Below, piece after piece: positions 1 to 7,863 of a stretch of DNA of 32,000 bases. A model generated the notes under the pieces. The model was not told the origin of the DNA. It was given only the letters and a program-made list of their open reading frames with translations, and searched no databases. This stretch comes from Nocardia brasiliensis NBRC 14402 (GTDB lineage Bacteria > Actinomycetota > Actinomycetes > Mycobacteriales > Mycobacteriaceae). A program made the translations under genes and the position numbers. How positions within the stretch are numbered: the stretch's first letter is position 1; every line of letters starts with the position of its first letter. Location: positions 67,873 through 99,872 of the forward strand of contig NZ_BAFT02000104.1 of NCBI RefSeq assembly GCF_000308475.2, given 5' to 3'.

Positions 1-1
1 C

Positions 2-1096
2 GTGCACGGGCCCACCACGGGGACACCGCCGTTCCCGCCGCCGCTCGGCTACAACCCGACCAACGATCCGCAGGTGGTACCGCTGTGGGACCACATGTTC
101 TACGCGTACCTGGTCGAAAGCACCGGCGCCGTAGAGATTTTCGCGGAGGTGGTGCGGCGCTACGTGGTCGGCGAGACGCTGCCCGCGCCCTCGGTCGAAA
201 CCATGGCCTGGGTACGCGCCACCGAGGAACTGTTCTTCCGCGACCCGCCGCTGTTCCGGGTGGGCGGGTTGACCAGCCAGCTGCGCCCCGATGCCCGGGT
301 GAACCGGCGCAACGCCTACTGGCGCATGTTCGGACTCGATCTCCCGCATCCGGCGCCCGGCGCGGACAGCCAGGCCTGGAAGCGCGACGCGGGCGCCGCG
401 AGCAACATCCGTTTCATCGAGATGTGGAACGAACTGCTGCGCCAGGTCTGGCTCGGGATCGAGAACGAGCGCAACACCTCCGGCTCGAACCCCACCGACG
501 CCAGCTACATCGGATACCTGTGCCAGACCCTGGCCGAGATGCTGCGGCTGCGCCGGCTCGGCGGGATGCTCTCGCGCGAAGAGTTCAGCTACGTCTGCCT
601 GCTGAACTGGTTCCACCTCACGGTCGACTACGAGAGCGCCGTGGTCCGGGACCTCAGCGCCAACGCGGGTATCAGCGGCGGTAACCCGGCCGATCGGCTC
701 GCGACGATCGGCAGGCGGGTCGGCGTGGCGCCCTCGCGGCAGGCGCGCGAACTCTTCGAACTCGCCACGCTGGTCTCCCCGCTGCTGTGGGCGATCGAGC
801 TCGGGGTGTTCGACGAACAGTCGCAGGCCGAGCTGCTGTATCGCTCCACCGGCGTACCGGGGCCCGGCCCCGCCCAGACGATGAACCGGATCATCGATCT
901 GTGGCAGTCGGCGACCGGCGAGCGGGTCAAGGATCTGGCGGTCACCATGCGCCGCAGCACGAATCAGGTCCGATCGGCACAACCGACGAAACTGCTGCCC
1001 GCCGGCGTGCTGTCCGGCACCACCGCACCCTCGGCACCGGCGGCGCCGGCGGCGGCCGCGACGAACGGACATCGACGAGTTGCCCCACGGCTCTGA
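2..1096 (+). CDS. hypothetical protein, 5' end outside window
   Basis: Frame is open from the window edge to TGA at 1094-1096. Third positions are G/C-rich. Same strand as the next CDS and 53 nt upstream of it. Pro/Ala-rich C-terminal tail. No family motif recognised. Confidence 0.55.
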   Translation: MHGPTTGTPPFPPPLGYNPTNDPQVVPLWDHMFYAYLVESTGAVEIFAEVVRRYVVGETLPAPSVETMAWVRATEELFFRDPPLFRVGGLTSQLRPDARVNRRNAYWRMFGLDLPHPAPGADSQAWKRDAGAASNIRFIEMWNELLRQVWLGIENERNTSGSNPTDASYIGYLCQTLAEMLRLRRLGGMLSREEFSYVCLLNWFHLTVDYESAVVRDLSANAGISGGNPADRLATIGRRVGVAPSRQARELFELATLVSPLLWAIELGVFDEQSQAELLYRSTGVPGPGPAQTMNRIIDLWQSATGERVKDLAVTMRRSTNQVRSAQPTKLLPAGVLSGTTAPSAPAAPAAAATNGHRRVAPRL

Positions 1097-1149
1097 GCCG
1101 TTGGGACGTCGAGTCGTTCGCCATCGCGCGATACCGATTGGAGCCTGAT

Positions 1150-3291
1150 ATGAGTACCGTTGCCGAATCATCGATCTTCGCTTCGCCCGAGGCGACGCCG
1201 GAGACCGGCGTGTGGCCCACGCGCGAAGACGTCTTCGCCGAGGACGTGGGGGATCTGGCGTACGACGGCGAGACCGGCTGGCAGAACGAGGGTTCCGACA
1301 CCGAGTTCGACGAGGCCGGGGATACCGAGGCGGACTACGCCTACGGTGCCGAGTACGACAGCGAGGACGCCGTCTTCGAAGTGGACAGCGAGGTAGCGCC
1401 TTTCGAGGCCGCGGGCTATGCCGAAGCGGACTCCGAGAACGCCGCCTACGCAGGCGCAGCCTACGAAGACAGCGACTACGAGGAAGCCGACTACGAGGAA
1501 GCCGACTACGAGGACGTCCACTATGAGGATGCCGACTATGAGGATGCCGACAACGGGGAAGTCGATTACGAGGACGCGGACTACGAAGACGCGGACTACG
1601 AGAACGCGGACTACGAGGACGCGGACTACGAAGACGCGGACTACGAAGACGCCCAGCCCGTCGCGGTGACACCCGGCCGGTTGCTCGTGCACCGGCATCC
1701 CCAATTGCGTTCGCACGCGGGCACGCCACCGGATCTGCTGATCGAGTGGAACGGCATGGTCGAGCCCTCCGTGGTCGACGTGGTCGTCCATGTGCACGGC
1801 TACTCGGGTCACGGCGCGGCCATGCAGATCGTCAAGCACAAGAAGCCGATCAGCGGACTGGATTTCACCGATCCGGCCAAGCCGGGAGCCGCCGGACGGA
1901 CCGTCCCGACGTTGCTGATTCTGCCCCGCGGCCACCATCAGCCGAAGGGCAATCCTGCGCGCTACACGTTCCCGGCGCTCACGAAACCCGGTGCACTGCA
2001 GGCGCTGATCGATGACGCGCTGGTCCGTTTCGGCGCGGCGACCGGCACCACCGTGCGGCGCAATCGGCTGATCCTGACCGCGCACTCCGGCGGTGGCGCG
2101 GCGCTGATGGCGATCCTGGGTCACACCGATCCGGATGAGGTGCACACCTTCGACGCGCTGTACAACGACCCGAAAACGTTGATCGACTGGGCGCGCAAGC
2201 GCATGGCGGCGGGCACCGGCGCGCTGCGGGTGCTGTACCGCCCTGGTGAGGGCACCGCGCGGGCCAGCGAGCGGGTTGCGGCGGCGGTCCGGGCGGCCGG
2301 TTCGCCGAACTTCCGGGTGGAGCGGACACGGGTGCCGCACAACGAGATTCCCCGTCGATTCGGCTGGCAGCTGCTCGCCGACGCGTCGGCGAACCTGAGC
2401 GGCGGGGTCGTCAGCCGGGAAGTGGCCGACGAGAGCGCCGACGAGCTGTGGACGCCGCAGGAGGGCGACGGGGAGTACTGGGGCGAGACCGGTTGGGAGT
2501 CCGAGGATTACGCGGTGGAGTCGATCGCGCAGGAGTGCGGGTGCCGGGGCAGGGACAGCGAATCGCCGGAGGGAGAAGCGCCGCCCGCGCGCCCTCGCCG
2601 GATGCTCGGCACCTGCAAGCCGGTGCAGGACGATCTGAAGCCGGAGGCGCCCTGGAGTGTGATGCAGCAGCGATTCCGCAAACGCTGCAGCCTGACCAGT
2701 CATCGTCTCGACGCCAAGGCGGCCATCGATTGTGCGTGCGCGTTCGGCGATCCGCGCGATGTGGCGATCTTCTCGATGGCCCGCGTGATCGCGGCAGGCC
2801 CGCTGGCGGCCCGGCTGTTCGCGCATTTCCTCGGCGCCAGCGGTGCCGAGGTCACCATCGACGTGGCCGACATGATCAAGCGGTCGGCGGGCGTGCGGGA
2901 GAAGATCCGCAAGTCGATCGCGCGCGGCGGCGATATCGGGTTCACCCGGATCGAGCAGAGCGAATACCGCAACAGCGACCTGCAATTCGCTTACGGCGCG
3001 ATCGACTGCGTGCAGTGGCGGGTGCTGCCGCCGGCGCCCAAGGACTGGCGGAACAAGCCCGCCACCCGGATCGAGATCTCGATGCTGGACTACTACGAAT
3101 TCCATCCCGCCCGTCCCGGCGTCAGCCAGTGCGCGCACGCCGCGTGCGTCGAGCTCGTCGCGCGGGGACAGGCGAAGAATTTCTGGACCAGCGGGAGCAC
3201 CGTGGTCACCCTCGCCGACCTCGGGGCGCGTCCCGCGGTGCCTGCGCGGCCGCCGCGGGAGCGCCGCCCCATCCACCAGAGCACCTACTGA
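1150..3291 (+). CDS. acidic-repeat protein with alpha/beta-hydrolase-like core and unknown Cys-containing C-terminal domain
   Basis: ATG 1150 is the first ATG after the upstream gene's stop; the track start at 787 would overlap that gene. The N-terminal ~170 aa are D/E/Y-rich and include 14 x A-D-Y-E-D. The core has HVHGYSGHG (oxyanion-hole-like) and LILTAHSGGGAAL (GxSxG-type nucleophile elbow), with FDALY and VPHNEIP as candidate Asp and His. No signal peptide or TM segment seen. Confidence 0.7.
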   Translation: MSTVAESSIFASPEATPETGVWPTREDVFAEDVGDLAYDGETGWQNEGSDTEFDEAGDTEADYAYGAEYDSEDAVFEVDSEVAPFEAAGYAEADSENAAYAGAAYEDSDYEEADYEEADYEDVHYEDADYEDADNGEVDYEDADYEDADYENADYEDADYEDADYEDAQPVAVTPGRLLVHRHPQLRSHAGTPPDLLIEWNGMVEPSVVDVVVHVHGYSGHGAAMQIVKHKKPISGLDFTDPAKPGAAGRTVPTLLILPRGHHQPKGNPARYTFPALTKPGALQALIDDALVRFGAATGTTVRRNRLILTAHSGGGAALMAILGHTDPDEVHTFDALYNDPKTLIDWARKRMAAGTGALRVLYRPGEGTARASERVAAAVRAAGSPNFRVERTRVPHNEIPRRFGWQLLADASANLSGGVVSREVADESADELWTPQEGDGEYWGETGWESEDYAVESIAQECGCRGRDSESPEGEAPPARPRRMLGTCKPVQDDLKPEAPWSVMQQRFRKRCSLTSHRLDAKAAIDCACAFGDPRDVAIFSMARVIAAGPLAARLFAHFLGASGAEVTIDVADMIKRSAGVREKIRKSIARGGDIGFTRIEQSEYRNSDLQFAYGAIDCVQWRVLPPAPKDWRNKPATRIEISMLDYYEFHPARPGVSQCAHAACVELVARGQAKNFWTSGSTVVTLADLGARPAVPARPPRERRPIHQSTY
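1441..1650 (+). repeat. 14 tandem, codon-aligned 15-bp units (consensus GCGGACTACGAGGAC) encoding (A-D-Y-E-D)n inside CDS 1150-3291
   Basis: Read directly: gccgcctacgcaggc, gcagcctacgaagac, agcgactacgaggaa, gccgactacgaggaa, gccgactacgaggac, gtccactatgaggat, gccgactatgaggat, gccgacaacggggaa, gtcgattacgaggac, gcggactacgaagac, gcggactacgagaac, gcggactacgaggac, gcggactacgaagac, gcggactacgaagac. The last five units are near-identical. Confidence 0.95.
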
Positions 3292-3309
3292 GACGCGGGG
3301 AGGCAAGTG

Positions 3310-5013
3310 ATGAGTGTCGTCGCCGAGTGGCCCGGCCACAGCGCCGCCGAAGAATCCGGCGCCGTCGAGCAGCACGAGTTCGACGAGAGCGTCGCCGGTG
3401 CCGAGGCGGCCTTCGAGGCCGAAAGTTTCCCGTCGGGGCTGGTGCTCACCGCCCGGCCCGGCCCATCGGCGGCCGGGCAAGAGCATTGGGATCCGAACAG
3501 TACCGGTCTGCCGCTCTACGACACCGGGCCGCAGGTCCGCACGAAGAAGCTGGCGCCGAACTTCACCGTCGGTGAACTCGTCAGCAGCGGTGGACGTCCC
3601 GCCGACCGCGCCCGCATCTCGCCGGCTCTGGTCCGCTGTCTGCAGGCGATCCGCGATCGGGTGGGAAAGCCGGTGAAGATCACCTCTGGCTATCGGTCCT
3701 GGGCGAGCAATGTCGCCGTCTACCGGGCGCGCGGGCAAAAGCCCACGCTCAGTAGGCATTGCAGCGGACAAGCCGCCGACATCACCATCGCCGGTCTCAC
3801 CGGGTTACAGATCGCGGAACTGGCGATCGACGCCTGCGGCAACGATATCGCGCTCGGCGTCGGCGGCAATTTCGCGCACATCGACGTGCGCGGACGACCC
3901 GACACCTGGACCTATCTGACCGGTGCGGCCAATACTGCCGCACTCGCCCAGGTGCGGCAGTATCGACGAAACCGTTCGGCGCCGAAGCCCACGCCCGCCC
4001 CGACCCGTACGCCAGATCGTGCCGCGGGCATCGTGCGGCGCGGTTCGTTCACCAAGTGCGCGACAGGGGAGCAGCCCGGCGCCCGCGCCATGGCGAATCA
4101 GTGGAAGCGGCTGACCGGCCGTCAGGCGGGCACCTTCAACTGCCGGGCAACCACTTTCGGCACCCCGTCGCTGCACGGGGAAGGGCGTTCGATCGACCTC
4201 TACGCGAACGCGGCGGACCCGGCGCATCGGGCTCAGGTCGACGCCTACATCGCCTGGCTGCAATCCAATGCGGTGGAATTGCAAGTGGCGTACATCATTT
4301 GGAACCGGCGGCAATGGGGCTGGCAGTTCCGGGCGCAGGGTTGGCGGCCCTACGGCGGCAGCAACCCGCACACCGATCACATCCACGTCGACCTCAGCTG
4401 GGAAGGCGCGCGGTCGCCGAGTCCGCTGTTCGCCGGCCCGGTTCCCGGCCTGGGCGGTGGTAGCGCACCCGCGCCGACGCCGAAACCGGGGCCGCGACCC
4501 AGCGGCCGGGTGCCCGCGCACGTCGTCGATTTCGTGCACAAGTACCGTCCGCACGCGCAGGCGAACGAAACCCGCAGTCGCATACCGTGGCTGGTCACCC
4601 TCGGCCAGGCCGCGCTCGAAACCGGTTGGGGCGCGAAAGCTTGCGGCAACAACTTCTTCGGCATCAAAGCAGACGCGAAAGTGCCGGAGGCGCAACGCAA
4701 GCTGTGCACGACCACGGAAGTGCACAGCACACCGAACGTACGCGGCTACCCCGAGATCATTTCGGTGACACCACGGCCCGACGGCCGGTACAACTACGTC
4801 GTGCGCGCGTGGTTCCGGGCCTACGCCTCCCCGGACGCGTCGTTCGACGGCCACGCGCAGGTGCTGTTGCAGCCCCGATACGCGAAAGCGTTCGCGCACA
4901 CCGCCGATCCCTACGCGTTCGCCCGCGAAGTGGCGGCCGCGGGCTACGCCACCGAACCGAGCTATGCTGCGACATTGACAGGTGTGATGAAGTTGATCGA
5001 AAAAGTGCCGTAG
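3310..5013 (+). CDS. three-module peptidoglycan hydrolase: M15A/YcbK-type zinc peptidase, a second LAS-type metallopeptidase-like domain, and a GH73 (FlgJ-like) N-acetylglucosaminidase
   Basis: GGGGAGG at 3297-3303 lies 6 nt before ATG 3310. Module 1: KITSGYRSWASN, SRHCSGQAADI, FAHIDVRG (H..D...H zinc site). Module 2: SLHGEGRSIDL and HTDHIHVDLSW. Module 3: VTLGQAALETGWGAKACGNNFFGIKA (GH73 catalytic Glu context). The N-terminus is acidic with no signal peptide. Confidence 0.8.
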   Translation: MSVVAEWPGHSAAEESGAVEQHEFDESVAGAEAAFEAESFPSGLVLTARPGPSAAGQEHWDPNSTGLPLYDTGPQVRTKKLAPNFTVGELVSSGGRPADRARISPALVRCLQAIRDRVGKPVKITSGYRSWASNVAVYRARGQKPTLSRHCSGQAADITIAGLTGLQIAELAIDACGNDIALGVGGNFAHIDVRGRPDTWTYLTGAANTAALAQVRQYRRNRSAPKPTPAPTRTPDRAAGIVRRGSFTKCATGEQPGARAMANQWKRLTGRQAGTFNCRATTFGTPSLHGEGRSIDLYANAADPAHRAQVDAYIAWLQSNAVELQVAYIIWNRRQWGWQFRAQGWRPYGGSNPHTDHIHVDLSWEGARSPSPLFAGPVPGLGGGSAPAPTPKPGPRPSGRVPAHVVDFVHKYRPHAQANETRSRIPWLVTLGQAALETGWGAKACGNNFFGIKADAKVPEAQRKLCTTTEVHSTPNVRGYPEIISVTPRPDGRYNYVVRAWFRAYASPDASFDGHAQVLLQPRYAKAFAHTADPYAFAREVAAAGYATEPSYAATLTGVMKLIEKVP

Positions 5014-5022
5014 GGGTGGCGG

Positions 5023-5493
5023 ATGACCAAGGCGCACGAGTACGCACTGGACGTGACCTGGACCGGTAACACCGGCACGGGCACCAGCGGGTACCGGGAC
5101 TTCGAGCGATCGCATATCGTCAGCGCCGAGGGCAAACCGCCGATTCCCGGCACGGCTGATCCGGCGTTCCGTGGCGCACCCGAACACTGGAATCCGGAAG
5201 AGCTGCTGGTGGCCTCCCTGTCGCAGTGCCACATGCTCTGGTATCTCGTGCTCTGCGCCCGCGCGGGGATCGTGGTCACCGAATACACCGATCACCCGAC
5301 GGGCACCATGGTCGAAGACCTCGCGGGCGGCGGCCGGTTCGCCGAAGTAGTACTGCGCCCGCAGGCGCGGATCGCTGATGTACAGCACCGGGATCGCGCG
5401 CTCGCGCTGCACGAGCGCGCCCACGACCTGTGCTTCATCGCGAACTCCGTCAATTTCGACGTGCGCTGCGAACCGCAGGTCGCCGGCGCCTGA
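5023..5493 (+). CDS. OsmC/Ohr-family peroxiredoxin-like protein
   Basis: 156 aa. Carries the paired Cys contexts typical of OsmC (LSQCHMLWYL and AHDLCFIANSV). The N-terminal WTGNTGTGTSGY-type segment is common in the OsmC subfamily. Confidence 0.8.
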   Translation: MTKAHEYALDVTWTGNTGTGTSGYRDFERSHIVSAEGKPPIPGTADPAFRGAPEHWNPEELLVASLSQCHMLWYLVLCARAGIVVTEYTDHPTGTMVEDLAGGGRFAEVVLRPQARIADVQHRDRALALHERAHDLCFIANSVNFDVRCEPQVAGA

Positions 5494-5682
5494 GCCTCCG
5501 GTAAACCGAAGCGGCAGTAGATATTCGACGGTATGCGGACTATCACCCTGCCCGTGACGTAAAGTATAGTAGTCGGTATCGTTCGTTTTACTAAACGCTC
5601 GCCTATCGCATCACACCTGCCGGGATGTGCTGTGCCTGGAGGTTGTGCTCGCGTTGGTCTTCGTCGACTCAGAAAGGTTCGC

Positions 5683-6198
5683 ATGACCCAGAGTGATCCC
5701 TACCAGCGCCTCATCGAGTTCCTCGACGCAGGTTCCGCGCAGTATCGATTGATCGATCACGAACCGGAGGGCCGCACCGATGTGGTCAGTCCGATGCGCG
5801 GCAACGACTTGCACGATGCGGCGAAGTGCATGGTGGTGATGGTGAAGATCGGCAAGAAGACCAAGCGGTACGTCTTGGCGGTGGTGCCGGGTGACGCGAA
5901 GGTCGACCTCACCGCGGTGCGCGCGCTCTTCGAGGGCACCTATGTTTCCTTTGCCACCCCCGAAATCGCCGAGAATCTCGCCGGTTCGGTGGCGGGCACG
6001 ATTCTGCCCTTCTCGTTTCATCCCGATCTCGAACTCATCGTCGACCCGGGTGTTCTCGACATCCCCGAGCTGTATTTCAACGCGGCCCGGCTCGATCGGT
6101 CGATGGCGTTGCGTACCGGCGACTACGTGCGCTTGGCCCATCCGCGCACCGAGAAGATCGCGCAATACGAGGCGGCCATGGGCGAGGCGATGACGTAA
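5683..6198 (+). CDS. free-standing YbaK/ProX-type aminoacyl-tRNA deacylase (candidate fluorothreonyl-tRNA deacylase, FthB-like)
   Basis: AGAAAGG at 5671-5677 precedes ATG 5683. The 171-aa protein has the YbaK/tRNA_edit-like pattern (AAKCMVVMVKIGKK..YVLAVVPGDAKVDL...GTILPFSF). The FthB-like reading rests on location in the fluorinase locus. Confidence 0.75.
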   Translation: MTQSDPYQRLIEFLDAGSAQYRLIDHEPEGRTDVVSPMRGNDLHDAAKCMVVMVKIGKKTKRYVLAVVPGDAKVDLTAVRALFEGTYVSFATPEIAENLAGSVAGTILPFSFHPDLELIVDPGVLDIPELYFNAARLDRSMALRTGDYVRLAHPRTEKIAQYEAAMGEAMT

Positions 6199-6238
6199 TC
6201 CGATTGCCGACAGAACGTACATTCTCGGAGGTCTGCAG

Positions 6239-6466
6239 ATGACTACCAAAGAAGCCGACAGCGGCCACCTGGCGGGCTCGACGAATTTCGTCGACCGTGA
6301 CGCCGAGCGTGTCTGCGCCGAATTGCATGCGATGCGCGCGGTCGGGGACGACACCGGCGCGCTACCGGCAGGCCACGGCTTGGCCGATGTCCGCCGCGTC
6401 GCGCTGGTCGGTACGAACCGTCTCCGAGATGTGTTGTTCCACAAGGCCAGACACGGCCGGGTGTAG
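6239..6466 (+). CDS. small hypothetical protein (75 aa)
   Basis: GGAGG at 6227-6231 lies 7 nt before ATG 6239. Third codon positions are mostly G/C when read by eye. The stop codon sits in the loop of a perfect hairpin. No family recognised. Confidence 0.45.
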   Translation: MTTKEADSGHLAGSTNFVDRDAERVCAELHAMRAVGDDTGALPAGHGLADVRRVALVGTNRLRDVLFHKARHGRV

Positions 6467-6478
6467 TCCGGCCGTGTC
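6450..6478. terminator. hairpin between convergent genes (11-bp perfect stem GACACGGCCGG / CCGGCCGTGTC, 7-nt loop)
   Basis: Arms at 6450-6460 and 6468-6478 are exact reverse complements. The hairpin lies between the small ORF stop (6464-6466) and the USP stop (6503). No U-tract follows, as is common in high-GC actinomycetes. Confidence 0.5.
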
Positions 6479-6502
6479 CGGCGTTGCGGTCCGAGAGCGC
6501 AC

Positions 6503-6946
6503 TCAGGGCGGATTATGGTCGGCGACAAGGAGGATCGGGTATTCGTGCTGGCGCAGCAGCGCACGCGACACGGAACCACCGTAGTGATAACCGAGAAATG
6601 AATGCGGATGCGAGCCGATGACGATCATCCTGGCGCCCACCGAGTGCGCGACGGCGAGCAGGACTCGCTCCGGTGTACCTCGTCGGGCATGGTAGGTCCA
6701 CTCGATCGAGCGATGATCGTAGAGCGCGGCCGCGGCGCACGCCCGAACGGTGGCCTGTTTCGCGTCTGCCTGCCTTTCCCAATCATCGATATCGGGATCT
6801 ACCGGATAGTCGCCCAGATCGAAGGCGTGCACCACATGTAATTCGTCCGTGAGATCTCGGGCCAGGCCGGCGGCGGCAACGAGAGCGGCTAAGGCAGCGG
6901 GTCTTTCGGCTATGCCGACGACGATCGCGGTGGCTCGGCGTGGCAT
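6503..6946 (-). CDS. universal stress protein (UspA family)
   Basis: 147 aa. Typical Usp layout: IVVGI... N-terminus and C-terminal MIVIGSHPHSFLGYHYGGSVSRALLRQHEYPILLV (ATP-binding G-x2-G-x9-G(S/T)-like segment). The start codon abuts the upstream regulator's stop (TGAATG). Confidence 0.85.
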   Translation of the reverse strand: MPRRATAIVVGIAERPAALAALVAAAGLARDLTDELHVVHAFDLGDYPVDPDIDDWERQADAKQATVRACAAAALYDHRSIEWTYHARRGTPERVLLAVAHSVGARMIVIGSHPHSFLGYHYGGSVSRALLRQHEYPILLVADHNPP

Positions 6947-7621
6947 TCATCGCTGCCTGGACGCATCGGGCTCGAGTATCGCCTCGACCGAAAGCAGGTC
7001 GAGGGCGATTGCCTGTTTTATCGCTTCGACGCGTGAGGAGGCCGAGAGTTTGGCGTAAATATTCGTCAGATGCCGTTTGACGGTGCCTTCCGCCAGATAC
7101 AGCCGGTCGGCGATCTGCGAGTTCTTCAGGCCCGCGGCAACGAGCGTCAGCACCTCTCGCTCCCGGGTCGAGAGTATGGCTCCGTCCCCGCTGCCCAGAC
7201 CTTGCAGCATGCCTCGGGTGACCGATAGAACCACCTGCTCGGGGTTCTCGAAGATCTTGCGTACCGCGCTGATCAACTCCTCCCGGGTCGAGTTCTTCCA
7301 TACGTATCCCCCCGCGCCCGCCGCGATCAGATCGCCGATGCCGCGCGGCGTGTCCCGGTCGCCCAAGATGATCACCGCCACAGCGCTGGGCGTGCTCAGC
7401 AGGACGCTGCGTATCCACCGTTCCGGTCGCCGCTCGTATTGGCTGATACTGATGATCGCGATATCCGGCCGGTACCGCTCGAGCGTCGCCTCGACATCGC
7501 GCTCACCGCATTGCCCGACAACTTCCATATCGTGTTCGTGGGAAAGGATTTCCACTATTCCGTGCCGATACAACACATGTTCATCGACGACTACCAGTCG
7601 TATTCCTGCCGGTGCAACCAT
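6947..7621 (-). CDS. LuxR/NarL-family response-regulator-like transcription factor with degenerate receiver domain
   Basis: C-terminal HTH: LSTREREVLTLVAAGLKNSQIADRLYLAEGTVKRHLTNIYAKL. N-terminal REC-like fold: RLVVVDEH...PDIAIISIS...GYVWK. ATG 7621 is preferred over TTG 7654. Confidence 0.85.
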   Translation of the reverse strand: MVAPAGIRLVVVDEHVLYRHGIVEILSHEHDMEVVGQCGERDVEATLERYRPDIAIISISQYERRPERWIRSVLLSTPSAVAVIILGDRDTPRGIGDLIAAGAGGYVWKNSTREELISAVRKIFENPEQVVLSVTRGMLQGLGSGDGAILSTREREVLTLVAAGLKNSQIADRLYLAEGTVKRHLTNIYAKLSASSRVEAIKQAIALDLLSVEAILEPDASRQR

Positions 7622-7656
7622 CAAATCTGCCCCCGCTTTCGTGCTGTGTATCAAAA

Positions 7657-7863
7657 CTAGGGAGGCTGGTGCGCGCCCCTAGGTCGAACGTGCGCGCCCG
7701 TGCGGTGAACGCCGGCCCGGCACTCGGGCATCAAATGCTCGAGTGTGGACTGCGAGTCGGCGTGGGAATGGGACCGCTCGATGGCCGCACGCGGGCCGAC
7801 GTGCTGCCGGATGGCCTCGGCTGACCGCCGAGCATTCATCTGGCAAACCACGATGACCCCCAT
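7657..7863 (-). pseudogene. N-terminal fragment of an LMW-PTP/ArsC-type phosphatase or arsenate reductase (68 codons, truncated)
   Basis: From ATG 7863 the translation reads MGVIVVCQMNARRSAEAIRQHV, which matches the C-x5-R-S P-loop context (V-x-F-V-C-T-G-N-x-C-R-S-x-M-A-E). The frame stops after ~68 aa, immediately before the LuxR-type gene, whereas the family is ~130-160 aa. Confidence 0.35.

Noticed and set aside
1168-3771. 867-aa ORF on the minus strand
   Set aside because: It lies antisense to two plus-strand genes that carry clear hydrolase and peptidase motifs. Its Arg/Gly/Pro/Val-rich, low-complexity translation is typical of shadow frames in high-GC DNA, and it includes the mirror image of the ADYED repeat.
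3805-5424. 539-aa ORF on the minus strand
   Set aside because: It is antisense to the peptidoglycan hydrolase and OsmC genes. The translation is Arg-rich and motif-free, so it is a shadow ORF.
5611-6579. 322-aa ORF on the minus strand
   Set aside because: It is antisense to the YbaK-type gene and the small ORF. It has no motifs and crosses a strong hairpin and an intergenic region.
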